From positions 43,710,001-43,774,000 of the forward strand of contig CM060733.1 of assembly GCA_030704615.1 (NCBI GenBank): a DNA stretch of 64,000 nucleotides, in the 5' to 3' direction. The notes below the pieces were generated by a model. That model was given only the letters and a program-made list of their open reading frames with translations, did no database searches and had not been told where the DNA came from. A program made the translations under genes and the position numbers. This stretch comes from Takakia lepidozioides (Eukaryota > Plantae > Bryophyta). Within the stretch, counting starts at the first letter, position 1; each line of letters starts with the position of its first letter. Below are positions 33,452-46,800 of the stretch, in pieces.

Positions 33452-36400
33452 CAGTGTTGGGCAGGTATATATGTTGACATATATACCCGGCCGGGTAATA
33501 GTTAGGGTATCGTACTATTGAGACCCGCCACCCAAGTTTTGGTGGACCCGGCTTGAGTTAGAACCGGCGAGGGCCATCTCGCCACTTACCCTGCCCAAGC
33601 TGGAACCGGCGGGGGCAACCTGGCTGACTACATCATGGAACCTGACTGGAACTTTGAAAATCAGCCGGGTATCAACTTTTGAAGAAGACCTTGAGATGTG
33701 ATTACAACCGAGCTGCATTCATGAGTAGTGATTATGCAGCCGCCTTCTGAAGATCTCTATCGTGTTAATTCTCTGAGCGCCCAAATGCAATGGCAGACCA
33801 ACATTGTTGCGAGCTTAGAGTCTACAGCCTCTGGGCTCCCTCCGGGAAATCATGGATGAGCAAGCTAGTTGTGCCTTGCAAGCATATGAAATCCTGCATC
33901 TTCCAACATTTTACCACATGATGACACTGAGGTGAGCAAATTGGGCATGATCTTGCTATCGTGGATGAGGTTCTCGAAGATCCGCAAATCGAACTTGCAC
34001 AACAGCAACTCCTTGTTTTGCAAGCACAGGGCAAATTCTGGAAACCACACAATAGAGGCTCTGTCTGTTGGTCATTCTTTGCGTTGAATGATGCAGCTGA
34101 GGTGGACCATGTCAATCCTCAGATATTGCGTTGTATTGTCTGTCGATCCTAGCCTATGACTTCCAATCAGCTTGTTGGTAAGCGTAGTGTGCTCCGGAAA
34201 GGTCTTGTGAAATACAACAAGCTACATGGTATCACTGCCATGCGCAAGCAAGTTGACGTTGCTCATCCGGAATTGCTTGCTACGATGAAAGCGCATTTGG
34301 CTGCGAAGGATCTGCGAAGCTCGAGCACAGCCGTCAAGCAAGTAAGAAACGAACTTTGCCTACAGGTTGTGTCATTACATCATACTTTGGGTCCACAAAT
34401 CCTTACAAGCAAACAGATGAGCAGCAAGTGCAATTTTTGGAAGACCTTACACTTTACATTGCTAAAGGTTACAGGGCCCTCTCATCTGTTGAAAATTTGT
34501 GGCTTAGAAGATTGGTTTTGAGGCGGTGTCCTCGTGTCATATTTCCTTCTCGGAGACAATTTTGTGGACGAGGTTTTGCCGTCAATGGTTGCTAAGACGA
34601 TGGATCGTCATGTGTTGCCCCCTTGGAAGTTTGTGTCTCTACATCTGCCAGCTTCGATTTATGGATGAGCAGGGGTGGAGTCGACACTTTTGCCTTGGTA
34701 ATCAATTTCATTAGTTCTGAGTGGGTTCATGTTCATGTTACTGTGGGCCTATTTGAAGTGTCTAACACATCAGGGGTAGCGATGGCAGTTCAGTTGAAAA
34801 CCTTACTCGACAGTTTTGATTTGACTAGACGCATTATTGCCTTTGTCAAGGATGAAGGAGGTAATTTGAGCACAATGGCTGCCGCTCTCAGATCTGTCGT
34901 ATCATGCGATGTTTTGGAATCCCTTACAGTTTTTGAGGGCACATGCTTTGCACATGTGATGTCTAAAGCATGCCAATACGCAACAAATGAGGCCAAACGT
35001 TTGTATAGATTTCAAGGAGGTTTAGTTTCCGATGCTCAAGCGTCACTACAAAAAACAATCACATGGAAAAGTGGAAAGGGCAGAATTGAGTGGAACAAGG
35101 CCTGTGTGGATTCAAGGTTACGGCCTCGGAAACTAAAAACTCCTGTCAAAACCAGATTTGCATCAAAGGTGATAATGTTTGAAGAAACCATGGAGTTCAA
35201 AGAGGCCATTGTCACTTGTTATGGTCGTCAAAGAACCAGCAAAGAGTTCCTAAGCCCCAAATCTGGGCTATTGCAGAGGTTGTTACAAGTTCTTTGAAAT
35301 CTGTCGTAACAGCTTGTGTGGCAAACCAATCTCGAGGTCATTGGTTACTTTCTGATGCATTCAATGCGTCCATATCCATCTCAAATATCATGCAAAGGGA
35401 GATGTTGGAGTTTGATGAGGAGACGCAACCGCCAGATGTGTTCGAATTGGAGCTTCTCCTACTTAAAAGCAGGATACGGCAAGAGGTGTTACATGTTCTC
35501 AAACCTTTCCTTGCATTTCTACAACATTTTGATGCACGCAAGGCGCATAATATGTTTGCACTTATATTGGATCCTCGTTTCAATGGGCTGAAACTTGTGT
35601 CAAATATATGTGGGCCGTGACGTTGCTGTACAACTTGTTCAGGACTATGACCAGAAATGTCTATTGCCTTTGCTGATGGTTTGTTTTAAGCGGCTGAACC
35701 CGGCTACATGCGAGTCTGAAGTTGTTTCATCTCCTGAAACATATGAGGACAGCAATATGTTTGGGTGTGGAGCATCAAACGAAGAAGCAAATGCTGCAGT
35801 AGTGAAGGGACATTATTTTGGCGATTCATTGTCATATAACTACAACAACCGATCCCTTGTTATGGTGGCGTGATCACGAGCAACAATTTCCCAACGTTGC
35901 ATATCTTGCCAAACAAATCTTTGGCATCCCGGGTCCCAAATTGAGACCAAACGAGTTTTTAGTCTTGCAGGTGTCCTCACAGCACTCCGTCGTTGTCGTT
36001 TGCAGGTTGAGAATCTTGACAGGCTGGTTATGGTGATCAAAAATTGGCCAGATGACCCTCGATATGATTGTAAACCTAGGAGATCTGAAAGATTTCATGG
36101 TTGGAGAGGCAACCCTAGCCGAGGATAACTATGATGTCATAGAAGAAGCAGGTTTTTTTGAGGATTTGAGCCTTTCAGATCATGGCCACATGATTAGCTA
36201 GTTGGACTAGCCAATTGTACTTGGAACACCCCACATCTGCTTTTCTGGTGCGGATATGACAGAAGGAGGTATGTAGAAAGAGTTGGATTGGGGCAGTTTG
36301 AAGGTACCTAAACCAGGCTTTATGATATCATAAAGTCCACATGAACACTACATGTTGTTGGAATGGCATAAGTACTCTCTCTTTCTCTCTTCCCTTTCTT

Positions 36401-37492
36401 TCTTTCTTTCTCTCTCTTTGTTTCTTCTCCTACCCTCAAGGTCTGTGACATCAATTGAGGTTTGAAAACTAGATGCTTCTGATGTCTCTACTTGTTCGTT
36501 TCATAAATTGTTTCTATGGCTACATTTCTACCCTAGCTATTGAGCAGTATTTTCTCATTACATGCCAGATTATACTATCGTGCTGAGGGCACGTGGGTTT
36601 CTTGTAGTTATCTTAAACAAATGCAATTCCTGCATGACAGTTGCACTGGTCCAGTTTTGAATCTCTTGATGAATGGTTGTTTGTCGAGAGCTTGTTAGGG
36701 GAACCACCTTTCTTTTTATTAATATGTTTTCTTTTGTCCATAAGCTCTTTGAGCTTCCTTTATGTTGTAGGTTTATTTCTTTTTCTGCTTTCTCATTTCC
36801 CGAGTCTATGGTCTCAAAGTTGCAACTTGCAACAAACAGTCTCACAAGTACATTTTTATTTTCTATGTGGTTGGTGGAGCTTTGGCACTTGCATCGCTGT
36901 TTATCTCAACCAAGAGTTTATAGCACTGTCACAAAGTCCACATGACCAGGCCATGCTCTGATACTGAAGCTAAAGTCTTTACATGTCTGTTGCCCAAATT
37001 GTGGAGTTGCTCTGTTGTTGCAGGTTGTAGGTGGAGATGAGTGCAGCGTGGATCGGTTTTTGGCACAACATATTTGCTGTTGGTTACTACTTCATGATGG
37101 TGGTCATTAGCCACAAGGCTATGGCAAACACCGTCTTACGAGTACATTCTCTCTCCCTCTCCCTCTCTCTATCTCTTCTCTCTAGCAATTGTGGCAAACA
37201 TGTTATGAATAAATTTCTTCAGCAATTGTGGGCAAATGGCAACATCGGCAGTCTGAAATCAGCATTGTGTTTTGACGATGATGTTAGTTCACCTTGTATC
37301 ACATGCCTTTCACCAGATTGTCATTGGAGCTGTGACAATTTTGGGATGAGTCTCATGTACAGGGTGGGCTGAAACAATGCTGCTTTTAGGTGGTAGGGAG
37401 TCCAACTGCCACCCACAGGATTTTGAGGTCCAAAGGCAAGACCAAGCCAAATCCCTGAACCTCATATTTTGAAGTTGAAGCCCACCTCTCTC
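33452..37492 (+). mobile_element. hAT transposon copy 1 (3'-truncated), degenerate transposase ~33720-36200
   Basis: TIR CAGTGTTGGGC. BED finger (WSFF..CIVC), SFDLW, CFAH, TRF, dimerisation domain PLLWWRDHEQQFPNVAYLAK. Confidence 0.92.
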
Positions 37493-38288
37493 TGTTAGAG
37501 GACTGTCTGGGACTTAGACACTTATACGGGATCTGTAGGGTACCCTTAATTTTAGCACAGACTGAGACCAACAGGAGCCTTAGGGGTGACAGCAACGCAC
37601 TGTAGAGGGGGGTTACACAGCCCGTCACAGCCAACACAGCCCGTCACAGTCGTCACAACCGACACAGCCAGACACAGTCAGCACAGCTCGTCACAGCCCG
37701 ACACAGCCATCACAGCCACACAGCCAGTCACAGCCCGACACAGCCAAACACAGTCGCACAGCCAGTCACAGCTTGATACAGCTGTCACGACCATAGGGAA
37801 CGGAGAGCAGGACAGGGAACGACTGTGGGGAACAACACCTGCAAATGGAACATGTTAGTTCACGGACGACGGTTAGTGAGGGAAACGGTTAGAGCCACGG
37901 GTAGGAAGATAAATGGAGAAGCAAGGACTGAGTAGGGGATTTTCGGGGATTCTGGGAAGCACTTCACGGGGGAGAACTTCTTGGTCATGCATGAGAGGAG
38001 ATGGGGCGGAGAGCAAGATCGGAAGCAAAGATGGAGAGCACGGTGAAGGAGGAAAGATGATTAGTAGATGCTTGTTATATGCAAAGCTGTAGTGATATTG
38101 TAGAGCAGATTAGAGACACAATGGCTTCGGCCTGATACCTGATAAATCATAATCTGATAATTATACGATACAAACACACTGTGTAGAGAGATCTGAGTGA
38201 AGCTGTGGAATGAATGGATGAGTTGATGGAATCCGATAGATTGATGAAGCAAACTGATACTTAATTATCAATGGTAAGGTAGCTAACA
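37493..38288. mobile_element. Probable LTR inserted at the hAT truncation point; contains ACAGCC microrepeats (37617-37790)
   Basis: TGTTAG...CTAACA ends. Starts exactly where homology to hAT copy 2 stops. No TSD or PBS seen. Confidence 0.55.
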
Positions 38289-38343
38289 TGAATGCCAAAA
38301 GGGAAACAAATAGGAAACCCCCATGATACACTAGCTGTAGGTC

Positions 38344-38865
38344 ATGACTGATTGTTCTGCGCGGGCTGAGTACTTAGAGATTTCCAACTATTCTATCTTG
38401 GAGTTTCCGCCTCGGATAGCGAAGGGATGGGTGAGTAAAAGTCACGCGACATTTGGCGACCATACTGGGGAACTGAGTCATGAACAACCAGATGTGACAG
38501 GCATCTGGTGGGATCATGGTGGTTGGACCATTAAAGAATTTGAAGTGAATCAAATTCCCTGTGGAACGAAGGAAGAAAGATTGTCCAAACACTTCTTTCA
38601 AAGGTTCTTGGAATTGCCAGACGGTTGTAAAGAAAATATTCTTAAGCGAGTGCATGATGCTGATCCGGAATGGGGTCTGGAGAAAGGAGTGATAAAGATT
38701 TATCAGGTAGCCTGTAGAGGAAGAGCACGTTGGTTACCAACGTTGGTTTTATGTGATAGCATTGCTATCCATTAAGCGAGTAGAGTTTGAAGGCTGGGAG
38801 AAAGAAAGGTGAATGTTTATACTCATATGCATGAAGAACTTGTATTGGTAAAGAATTGGATTGAA
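38344..38865 (+). repeat. Second copy of the retroelement extra-ORF segment seen at 12892-13380
   Basis: WDHGxWxIKEFxVNQIPC...RVHDADPxWGLEKG is shared between the two copies. Confidence 0.8.
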
Positions 38866-38884
38866 TTGTCGCTTGCAGAAACCT

Positions 38885-40771
38885 CTTCCATTTCCTTTCC
38901 TTCTTGACATTTCCATGCAATGCCTCCTGCAGGACATGTCCTTGGAGGACTTGGCCGATGCCATCCTGTAATTTGGCGGAGACTGTTCATAACGCCTGGA
39001 TGCAGCAATCTACCAAAGCAGGTCGTGACTTGTATGTGGCCATTGCTGATGACATGGTGCGGGCACTTACACAACAAACCAGGTACCACAATTTTCTGAT
39101 GGGACGGGGTGGAGGCAAGGGCCCCGGTACGACTTTGTTGATGCTAAGGGCTGCGAGTATGTCCGGAGACCCATCGAAGATGGCCAAAGCTCTGAACAGG
39201 TGCACAGAAGGCTCCCCTTTGCAATCCAGGCTCCCTCATTTGGAAGGCGAGGAAAGATTTGGATCATGCAAAAGGAAATTGAACACTCTTCCAGGGTCAG
39301 ACGGAGATTCCCATCGCCCAGACAGGGTCAATTTCTCTGTGCCAAAGGTGTCTCCAGTGCAGAGTAAGTCGTGTGCCAGCCCCTTCCCAGGTGGGTCCTC
39401 CTCCAGTGGAGCAGGTGTAGAACATGCAAGCACAGCAGCAGGAATCCCATTGGAGGAGGTGGTGGCCATGGTGCAGGAATCTGATTGCATTGATAGTGAG
39501 TGGCATATGGAACGCACCCCACCATGATCTAGAGTTGCTTGCATGGCAATTCGGACCCCTCTTTCAAGAAATGCAAATCAAAAATATGCAAAGGCTCGAG
39601 GGGGACTCCAGCTCCAACATTCACAGGGTTGTTCCGACCTTATCATAGTGGGGAGTCAAAGGACCACAAGTTCTGGTTCTGCCCAGACGATATGGCACGA
39701 TGCGTCAAGGGAACAGTTTGTCCTTCGGTGATAATGAAACCCATCCCCCTGCAATTTGGCCTGTGAAACTTGGGACGTCGCTGTCAACAACCGAGATAAG
39801 CATGCTAGAGGAGGGAGGGTTTTGTCTTGCACGGTCCCGGGTGGTGCCTTGTGCACTGTCGGCACAGATGTGCCACATGCTCCGGCAATGCCTCCACCCG
39901 GTGCCGACTCCCACAAAAAGAGATGGAAAAACAGTGCGTCGTGTCGCTTCGGGTGCAGATCACGAATGCAAGATGGAATCGGCTAGAATTTTGCAGGCTC
40001 GGGTGGCTCGTATCACCGAAGTCCCTGCCCCGGGGTATGGACGGATTTACACAGTGCTGTCTATTGGCTCAGTTCTTCATGGCAAAGAATATCAGGTTAC
40101 CGTGGGGAATTTCCCTACTTGCACTTGTCCGGATTTCGTAACGATGCGTGAGGGCGCTCTCGGCATGAGAGGGAAGTGGGTCCCCTGCAAGCATCAATAT
40201 TACATATACCTTGTAATTATGTGTTGCGACGGTAAGAGAGACCAATTCATTCACCAAGCCACACTAGGCTACGGAGAAGTCATCACCCTTTTGCAGCGGG
40301 ACACCTCACGTTGGGCTCCGCCAAATTCTCTTTGAACACATACGAGCCATGCCCGCTTCCCACGCTGGTTTCTAGGTTACCGTGTGAAGACTTTGCATTT
40401 AGGACAAACACATACATTTCGTTCACGGAACCAGGGGAAAATGCACATGCCATTCATTTTAAGCGTCTATCTGTGAATTGAAATAAAGTGTGTCAATCAT
40501 TCTGAGCTCAATTCTGCCATATTTTCATATTCCTCTTTTTGTGCAGGCATTGCAGACATGGTGCATGGTGGCCCCCTTTGTTTTGTCCACGGTAATAGGC
40601 CCTCTTTTTGCAATCCTCGCCTATAGGACCTGCTTCTCCAGCAGATTTGTGCCGCTCACGCTTCCTTGAAGCGTGAGCTCAGCTCACGCTTTGCAGCTAC
40701 AACGTGAGCTCAGCTCCCAGGCTCACGGGGCTGGGCTCACGCCGTAGCTACGCTGCAGTTTAGCAATCCCC
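38885..40771 (+). mobile_element. 3' part of a DNA transposon (unit 3): DDE-like C-terminus plus SWIM zinc finger, Mutator-like
   Basis: CNLAETVHNAW (N-x-x-E motif), Cys-rich segment and SWIM CTCPDF...CKH (to 40335). GCTCACG subterminal repeats and TAGCAATCCCC terminus at 40761-40771. Confidence 0.65.
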
Positions 40772-42450
40772 AGCAAACAACATGGCCTCTTGGATGATGT
40801 TGCTGCTTTTGCTGCATTTGCACCACCACCTGTCCCTGATCTCAGTCCTGAAGGTAAGAAAGCCCTCACCAAAGTGCTATCTGAAATCAAGTTGGTACTA
40901 CCCTCTCCTCAGGACAAAGAAAAAGAGTCAACTGAGAGGCTTATTGCCAAAATTCTAGATGTCTTCAGCTTGGGGTCCACTCATTTAGAACGCACTCCCA
41001 TTCTTCAACATAACATTGTTACCGAAGGGCCTCCTATCAAACAATTTGCTTACCGAGAGAGTGTCAAGGAACATGCTATAGTCCAAGGAGAAGTCCAGAA
41101 AATGCTTGATGCTAGTGTGATTAAGCCGTCAGTTTCTCCTTGGGCTAGTCCAATTGTCTTGGTTGGAAAGAAAGATGGCACCACCGCTTTTATGTTGACT
41201 TCAGGAAACTGAATGACATCACCAAGAAGGATGCCTACCCCTGCCTAGGATCAATGAGACCTTGGACCAATTGCATGGTGCTACAATTTTCTCCTCTCTT
41301 GATCTTGCATCTGGTTTTTGGCAAGATCATCTCATTGAAGTAGCCAACGAAAAGACCTCATTTGTGTGTCGCATGGGCAAATACCAGTATGAGACCATGC
41401 CCTTTGGTTTTGCAATGCCACCTCTACCTTCCAGCGCCTCATGGATATTGTCTTGGGTAATCTTCGCTAGGAATGTGCCTTAATTTATGTAGATGATATC
41501 AATGTGTATTCAGCCAGTTTTGATGCCCACTTGACTGACCTGCAGCGTGTTTTCAGCAAATTGCGTACTGCGGGCTCAAAATGAAGCCAAAGAAGTGTGA
41601 GCTATTCATGCATGAGCTATACTTTCTTGGTCATATCCTCTCCAATGATGGTTTGCTTCCTGATCCTGCCAAGCTTGAGTCTGTTTGGGCTTTCCTATTC
41701 CCAGGGATAAACATTGTATCAAATCCTTCCTTGGTCTGCCTTCTTATTATAGACGCTTCATAAATTTTTTTGCCAAGCTTGCCACCCTCTAACCAAGGTA
41801 TTGTGCAAGGATGCCAGGTTTGAATGGACCTTCTCCCAACAAGCTGCATTTGACACCCTTCGCAAGGCTTGTGTTCGCCCCCATCCTAATGTTTCCCAAC
41901 TTTGAACTACCTTTCCTGCTTCAGACTGATGCATCGGTGTTTTTTGCAATCTTATGTCAAGTTGTAGAAGGCAAGAAGCATGTTATAGCTATGCATCTCG
42001 TCGTCTTGATCGTCATGAAAGGAACTATTCCATATCTGACAAGGAGGGTCTGGCCTGAGTATTTTGATGTGAAGCATTTCAGGCAATATTTGCATGGTAG
42101 CCGGTTTGTGGTAGAGACTGATCATCTTCCACTTACGGCTCTTGTTAAGCCAAAGGAACTTCATGTCAGACTTGCTAGATGAGCTATGTACTGCAGGAAT
42201 TTGACATGGATATGGTCTACAAGAAGGGCAAGGAAAACACAAATGTTGATGCACTTACACGGGTTGATCCTCCTGTCAGCAGACCTATGCTCACCTTGGA
42301 TGACCTTGCTGCTACTGATGCAGTACCTCCTCCTGATCCTGCCCCTCTTCTCAACCTTCTTTGTGTAGATCAGCACCCCTTGGCCTTGGATTCCCATGGC
42401 ATATTGGCTGCTTGGGGCTGGTCTAGCCTTCTTGATGATCCTGATTGATT
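40772..42450 (+). mobile_element. Ty3/Gypsy pol fragment (RT, RNase H)
   Basis: SPWASPIVLVGKKDG, FSSLDLASGFWQ, MPFG, YVDD (~41486), LQTDAS, ETDHLPL. Confidence 0.92.
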
Positions 42451-43070
42451 TATTCATGTGTTAGTATGTGTGGTGGATTTATCGCTTAGAGAGAATTCGG
42501 ATGGTTTGGTGGAAGTTCCTTGTTGTGTTTCAGCTCTACTCTTTCCTAGGCCCTCGAGTATGTTGTAATTCAGCTGCTGCACTCCGGTATGACTATTGGC
42601 TTGAGCCTCAAGGCCTGATTTGGCTATCCATGAGTAATAACAAATGAGGTGAAGGTATCCCTGGCTGGAGATCATAGGTGCAGACACTCCAGACCACCTT
42701 ATCTAAAGCCCATTGTCTACCTCTTATGTGCAGTGCAGTCATGGACGATCAGCTACGTGCTGCGCTACTCCAGCGATGCCAATCAGGGCGTTCGCTAGCT
42801 GGCCTTTCCGAGTCATTGTGTAAACAAATTCTCTATCATGTGTCTACTCACCGTTTCATGGTGATAAGCTTTTCAAGGAGCTCACTAGAGGGGAGCCATG
42901 CTACTTGGAGGGATTCTATCATGGCACTAAGGGGAGATCGAAGAGCTTAGAGCATGCCCAACAAAGGCTCACTAAACTGCCTCGCCATCACTATGTTAAG
43001 GAGGCGTATGGTGAGGCCAAGCTAGATGGCGCGTGGGCTGGCAAGAGCCCCAGCATCAACCCATCATAAC

Positions 43071-43826
43071 AAAAGGGGAGTAATGGCGCCAGGCTGAGGT
43101 GAAAGTGGGCCCCGCCACCTGCACGCCACGGGTCATTACATGTGAGGCTAAGTGGTAGCTGGCGGGGGAGAATGCCACACACCAAAACTCGTGTAGATAG
43201 CGCGCGAATGGGGCGAAACTTGGTGAGGCTCACCATTTTGAAGCGCATGAAAGTGCTGCTGGGGACGCGCGATCTCGACGGCCGCGCTACTTTGATGATA
43301 GTGCGCCAGATGGAGCGCCTGTTGGGCATGCCTCCCCTGCAAGGTTATTTTTTCCTTGCCTGTCTTCCTTTTTTTTTTTGAGAACAGGCTTTTTTGTTTT
43401 TTTCCAAATTATTAATATAGTTTTCAGGGCCTCTGTCCAAAAAAAGGGGAGTAATGGCGCCAGGCTGAGGTGAGAGTGGGCCCCACCACCTGCACGCCAC
43501 GGGTCATTACATGTGAGGCTAAGTGGTAGCTGGTGCGGGGAGAATGCCACACACCAAAACTCGTGTAGATAGCGTGCGAATGGGGCGAACTTGGTGAGGC
43601 TCACCATTTTGAAGCGCGTGAAAGTGCTGCTGGGACGCGCGATCTCGCGGCCGCGCTACTTTGATGATAGTGCGCCAGATGGAGCGCCTGCTGGGCATGC
43701 CTCCCCTGCAAGGTTATTTTTTCCTTGCCTGTCTTCCTTTTGTTTTTTTGAGAACAGGCTTTATTGTCTTTTTTTCCAAATTTTAATATAGTTTTCAGGG
43801 CCTCTGTCCAAAAAAAAAAAAAAAAA
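43071..43826. repeat. Two tandem copies of a ~370-bp unit ending in an A-tract
   Basis: AAAAGGGGAGTAATGGCGCCAGG at 43071 and ~43442. Both copies end GGGCCTCTGTCC(A)n. Confidence 0.9.
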
Positions 43827-43866
43827 CAGTCACGGCCTTCAGGGGTTGTAGGCCTTTAGTTAACAC

Positions 43867-46800
43867 CAATGTTGGGCGGGTATGACAATTTGGGCATATT
43901 GAAGGGTCCGGGTAAGGCATCTTTGCTTAAAGCGGAATGGAGGCGGTTTATATAATGTAGGGGTTTGGAAATTGTGGCGGTTAGAGGTTATCAATAGAAG
44001 GGTCCCAAAAACAAATCTCCCGGTTATCAATATGCCATTATCCAAGTGGAACAGCACCGGGTCCCATACATCGGTTATCAATGTAACCTGATTTTCAGTT
44101 ATTATATATTAAGATTTTAAGAGGACCAAAAAGACAGGAAAAAAAGGAAAAAAAAGGAAAAAATTAAATAAAGAGTCACATCAAGAAGACAAAAAAAAGG
44201 AAAAAAAAAAAAAAAAACAAAAGAAAGAGATAGGAAGAGTCACAGTCAGTTACACAAATGAAGTACCCTACTAGAATCATTGTATTTCATATCTCTAGAA
44301 ATGGAAATAAATTTGCCGTGCTTGCTTCTATGTGCCATCACAACAATCTTGCTCACGTAAATGCACGATTCAAAAAACTGTAGATTTATAGAGTGTCGCA
44401 TCTTACTTTTCTGAAAAACAGCCTGAGTTTTCAGCAGACAACTTATACCATAACCACATCCATTAGGCTTTTTTGCCTTCCATACACATCAGTGCTATAA
44501 GATTCTAATCTTGCCCATAGTTGTAAGAAAAAGGGTTAAATAGCACATAGCAATGTAGTCATGAAAGGCAGGGTTTGCTACGGTCATGGCTGGTCATGGC
44601 TGATGCGCTTGGCAGGCTCAACTGAATATTCAGATCGGGCATTCCAAATACTCCGCATCTATCCCAGTCATGATCAGTCACATTTGTCAATCCTTAGCCC
44701 TTAGAGATTACCAAGCACATGTTTAGTGATGAAGCATCTAACATGTTTCGAAATAGAAGCTCGGACATTGCCAGCTGGTTACATATCACCTCAAATTTGA
44801 TTATGTGGTAGCCTGCAAAACATCACAACCATTAGAGTATATTACCCCAACAAGGACCTACCAAACAACTTGACCTGGGCCCTCTCTATTTGTTTGATGC
44901 ACAAAAAATCCTCTGTATCACTACACAACAACTTCTGATACAAGTAATTATTTCAGTTCCTCTGTGGATCAAATTAGGACCCAGACGCCAATAACAGTAC
45001 CAACAAAGAGACACAACAAGCATCATCACAAGGGATGCATTTCCATAGAAGCCCCTGACCTTTATTTGCTAGACTGATAATTTTTGGGCAGTGGTGGGTA
45101 TGTCCCCACAGGAGATGGTGGCACAAGAATTCAGCTGCACACGAACAAGAATATGGGAACTCTTGCAGGATGCACATGGTCTTGTAAATTCATACTCCAG
45201 TGCTACATAAGACTGCACCTTGCACTTTCCAGAAAGAACTGGATCGGTTTTAATGAAAAGAAAAGCCAGAACTACGTCTTCCTGGTAAGATATTGTCCAG
45301 AGTGCACCACCAGAGCACTCAATGACCTGTGACTACAATTTAGAACCATTCCTCAAGATGCACAAGATAAAATGTAGCATGGTTGAGTTGCAACTGGATC
45401 CTCTGGTTGCAATTCATATACTTGAAACCTAGTTTGAATAGTGTAAACGAAAAAAAACCACCTCCATGTAGTTTGATAAATTCGACGTAAGTATGGAAGG
45501 CATTCAGGCATTTTGAAGACCACTCGGTGCGCATCCACCACACTCCATCTGCAATACATACTTACAAGAGCAATCCCCACTTGGACATCTGACACAAATC
45601 CAGCTTTGATGATACAATCTGCTTGCCCATTTCTAGGGCGGTCGGGCTGGCACACGCATGGAGGGCGCTGATGAAGGTGATGTTGTTTGGCTTCATGCCT
45701 TCTACTAGTTGCATTTGTTGAAAGAGGTCCAAAGCCTCTTCACTGTGCCCTTGGTGAGCATATCCTGCCATCATCCCAGTCCATGCAGAGACCACATCAT
45801 TGTGTCAAATACGACGCGTGTATCCCCCACACACCCGCATTTGCAATACATACAGACAAGTGCAGTCCCCACTTGGACATCTGATTCAAAACTAGCTCTG
45901 ATTATGCCGCCGTGTAGCGCTTGCCCTGTTCGAGTGCTGCTGGGCTGGCACATGCATTGAGAATGTCCACATATTCTGAGAAGTGATCTGCAATCATATC
46001 CATCAGATATAGCCCTATATCTTCAGGGACAATCCTGCCTCATGTGAAAACCTGTATTTAGTCTTTCTTGCATATGAGAGAGGTGGGCTTCAACTTCAAA
46101 ATATGAGGTTCAGGGACTTGGCTTGGTCTTGCCATTGGACCTCAAACTCCTCTGGGTGGCAGTTGGACTCCTTACCACCTAAAAGCAACATTGTTTCAGC
46201 CCACCCTAGTACATGAGACTCGCCCCAAAATTGCCATAGCTCCAATGACAATCTGGTGAAGGGCATGTGGATACAAGGTGAACTAACATCATCGTCAAAA
46301 CACAATGCTGATTTCAGACTGCCAATGTTACCATTTGCCACAAATTGCTGAAGAGAATTTACTCATAACATGTTTGCCACAACTGCTAGAGAGAAAGAGA
46401 TAGAGGGGAGGGAGAGGGAGAGAGAATGTACTCGTAAGATGGTGTTTGCCATAGCCTTGTGGCCAATTACCACCATCATGAAGTAGTAACCAACAGCAAT
46501 ATGTTGTGCCAAAAACCAATCCACGCTGCACTCATCTCCACCTACAGCCTGCAACAACAGAGCAACTCCACAATTTGGGCAACAGACATGTAAAGACTTT
46601 AGCTTCAGTATCAGAGCATGGCCTGGTCATGTGGACTTTGTGACAATGCTATAAGCTCTTGGTTGAGATAAACAGCGATGCAAGTGCCAAAGCTCCACCA
46701 ACCACATAGAAAATAAAAATGTACTTGTGAGACTGTTTGTTGCAAGTTGCAACTTTGAGACCATAGACTCGGGAAATGAGAAAGCAGAAAAAGAAATAAA

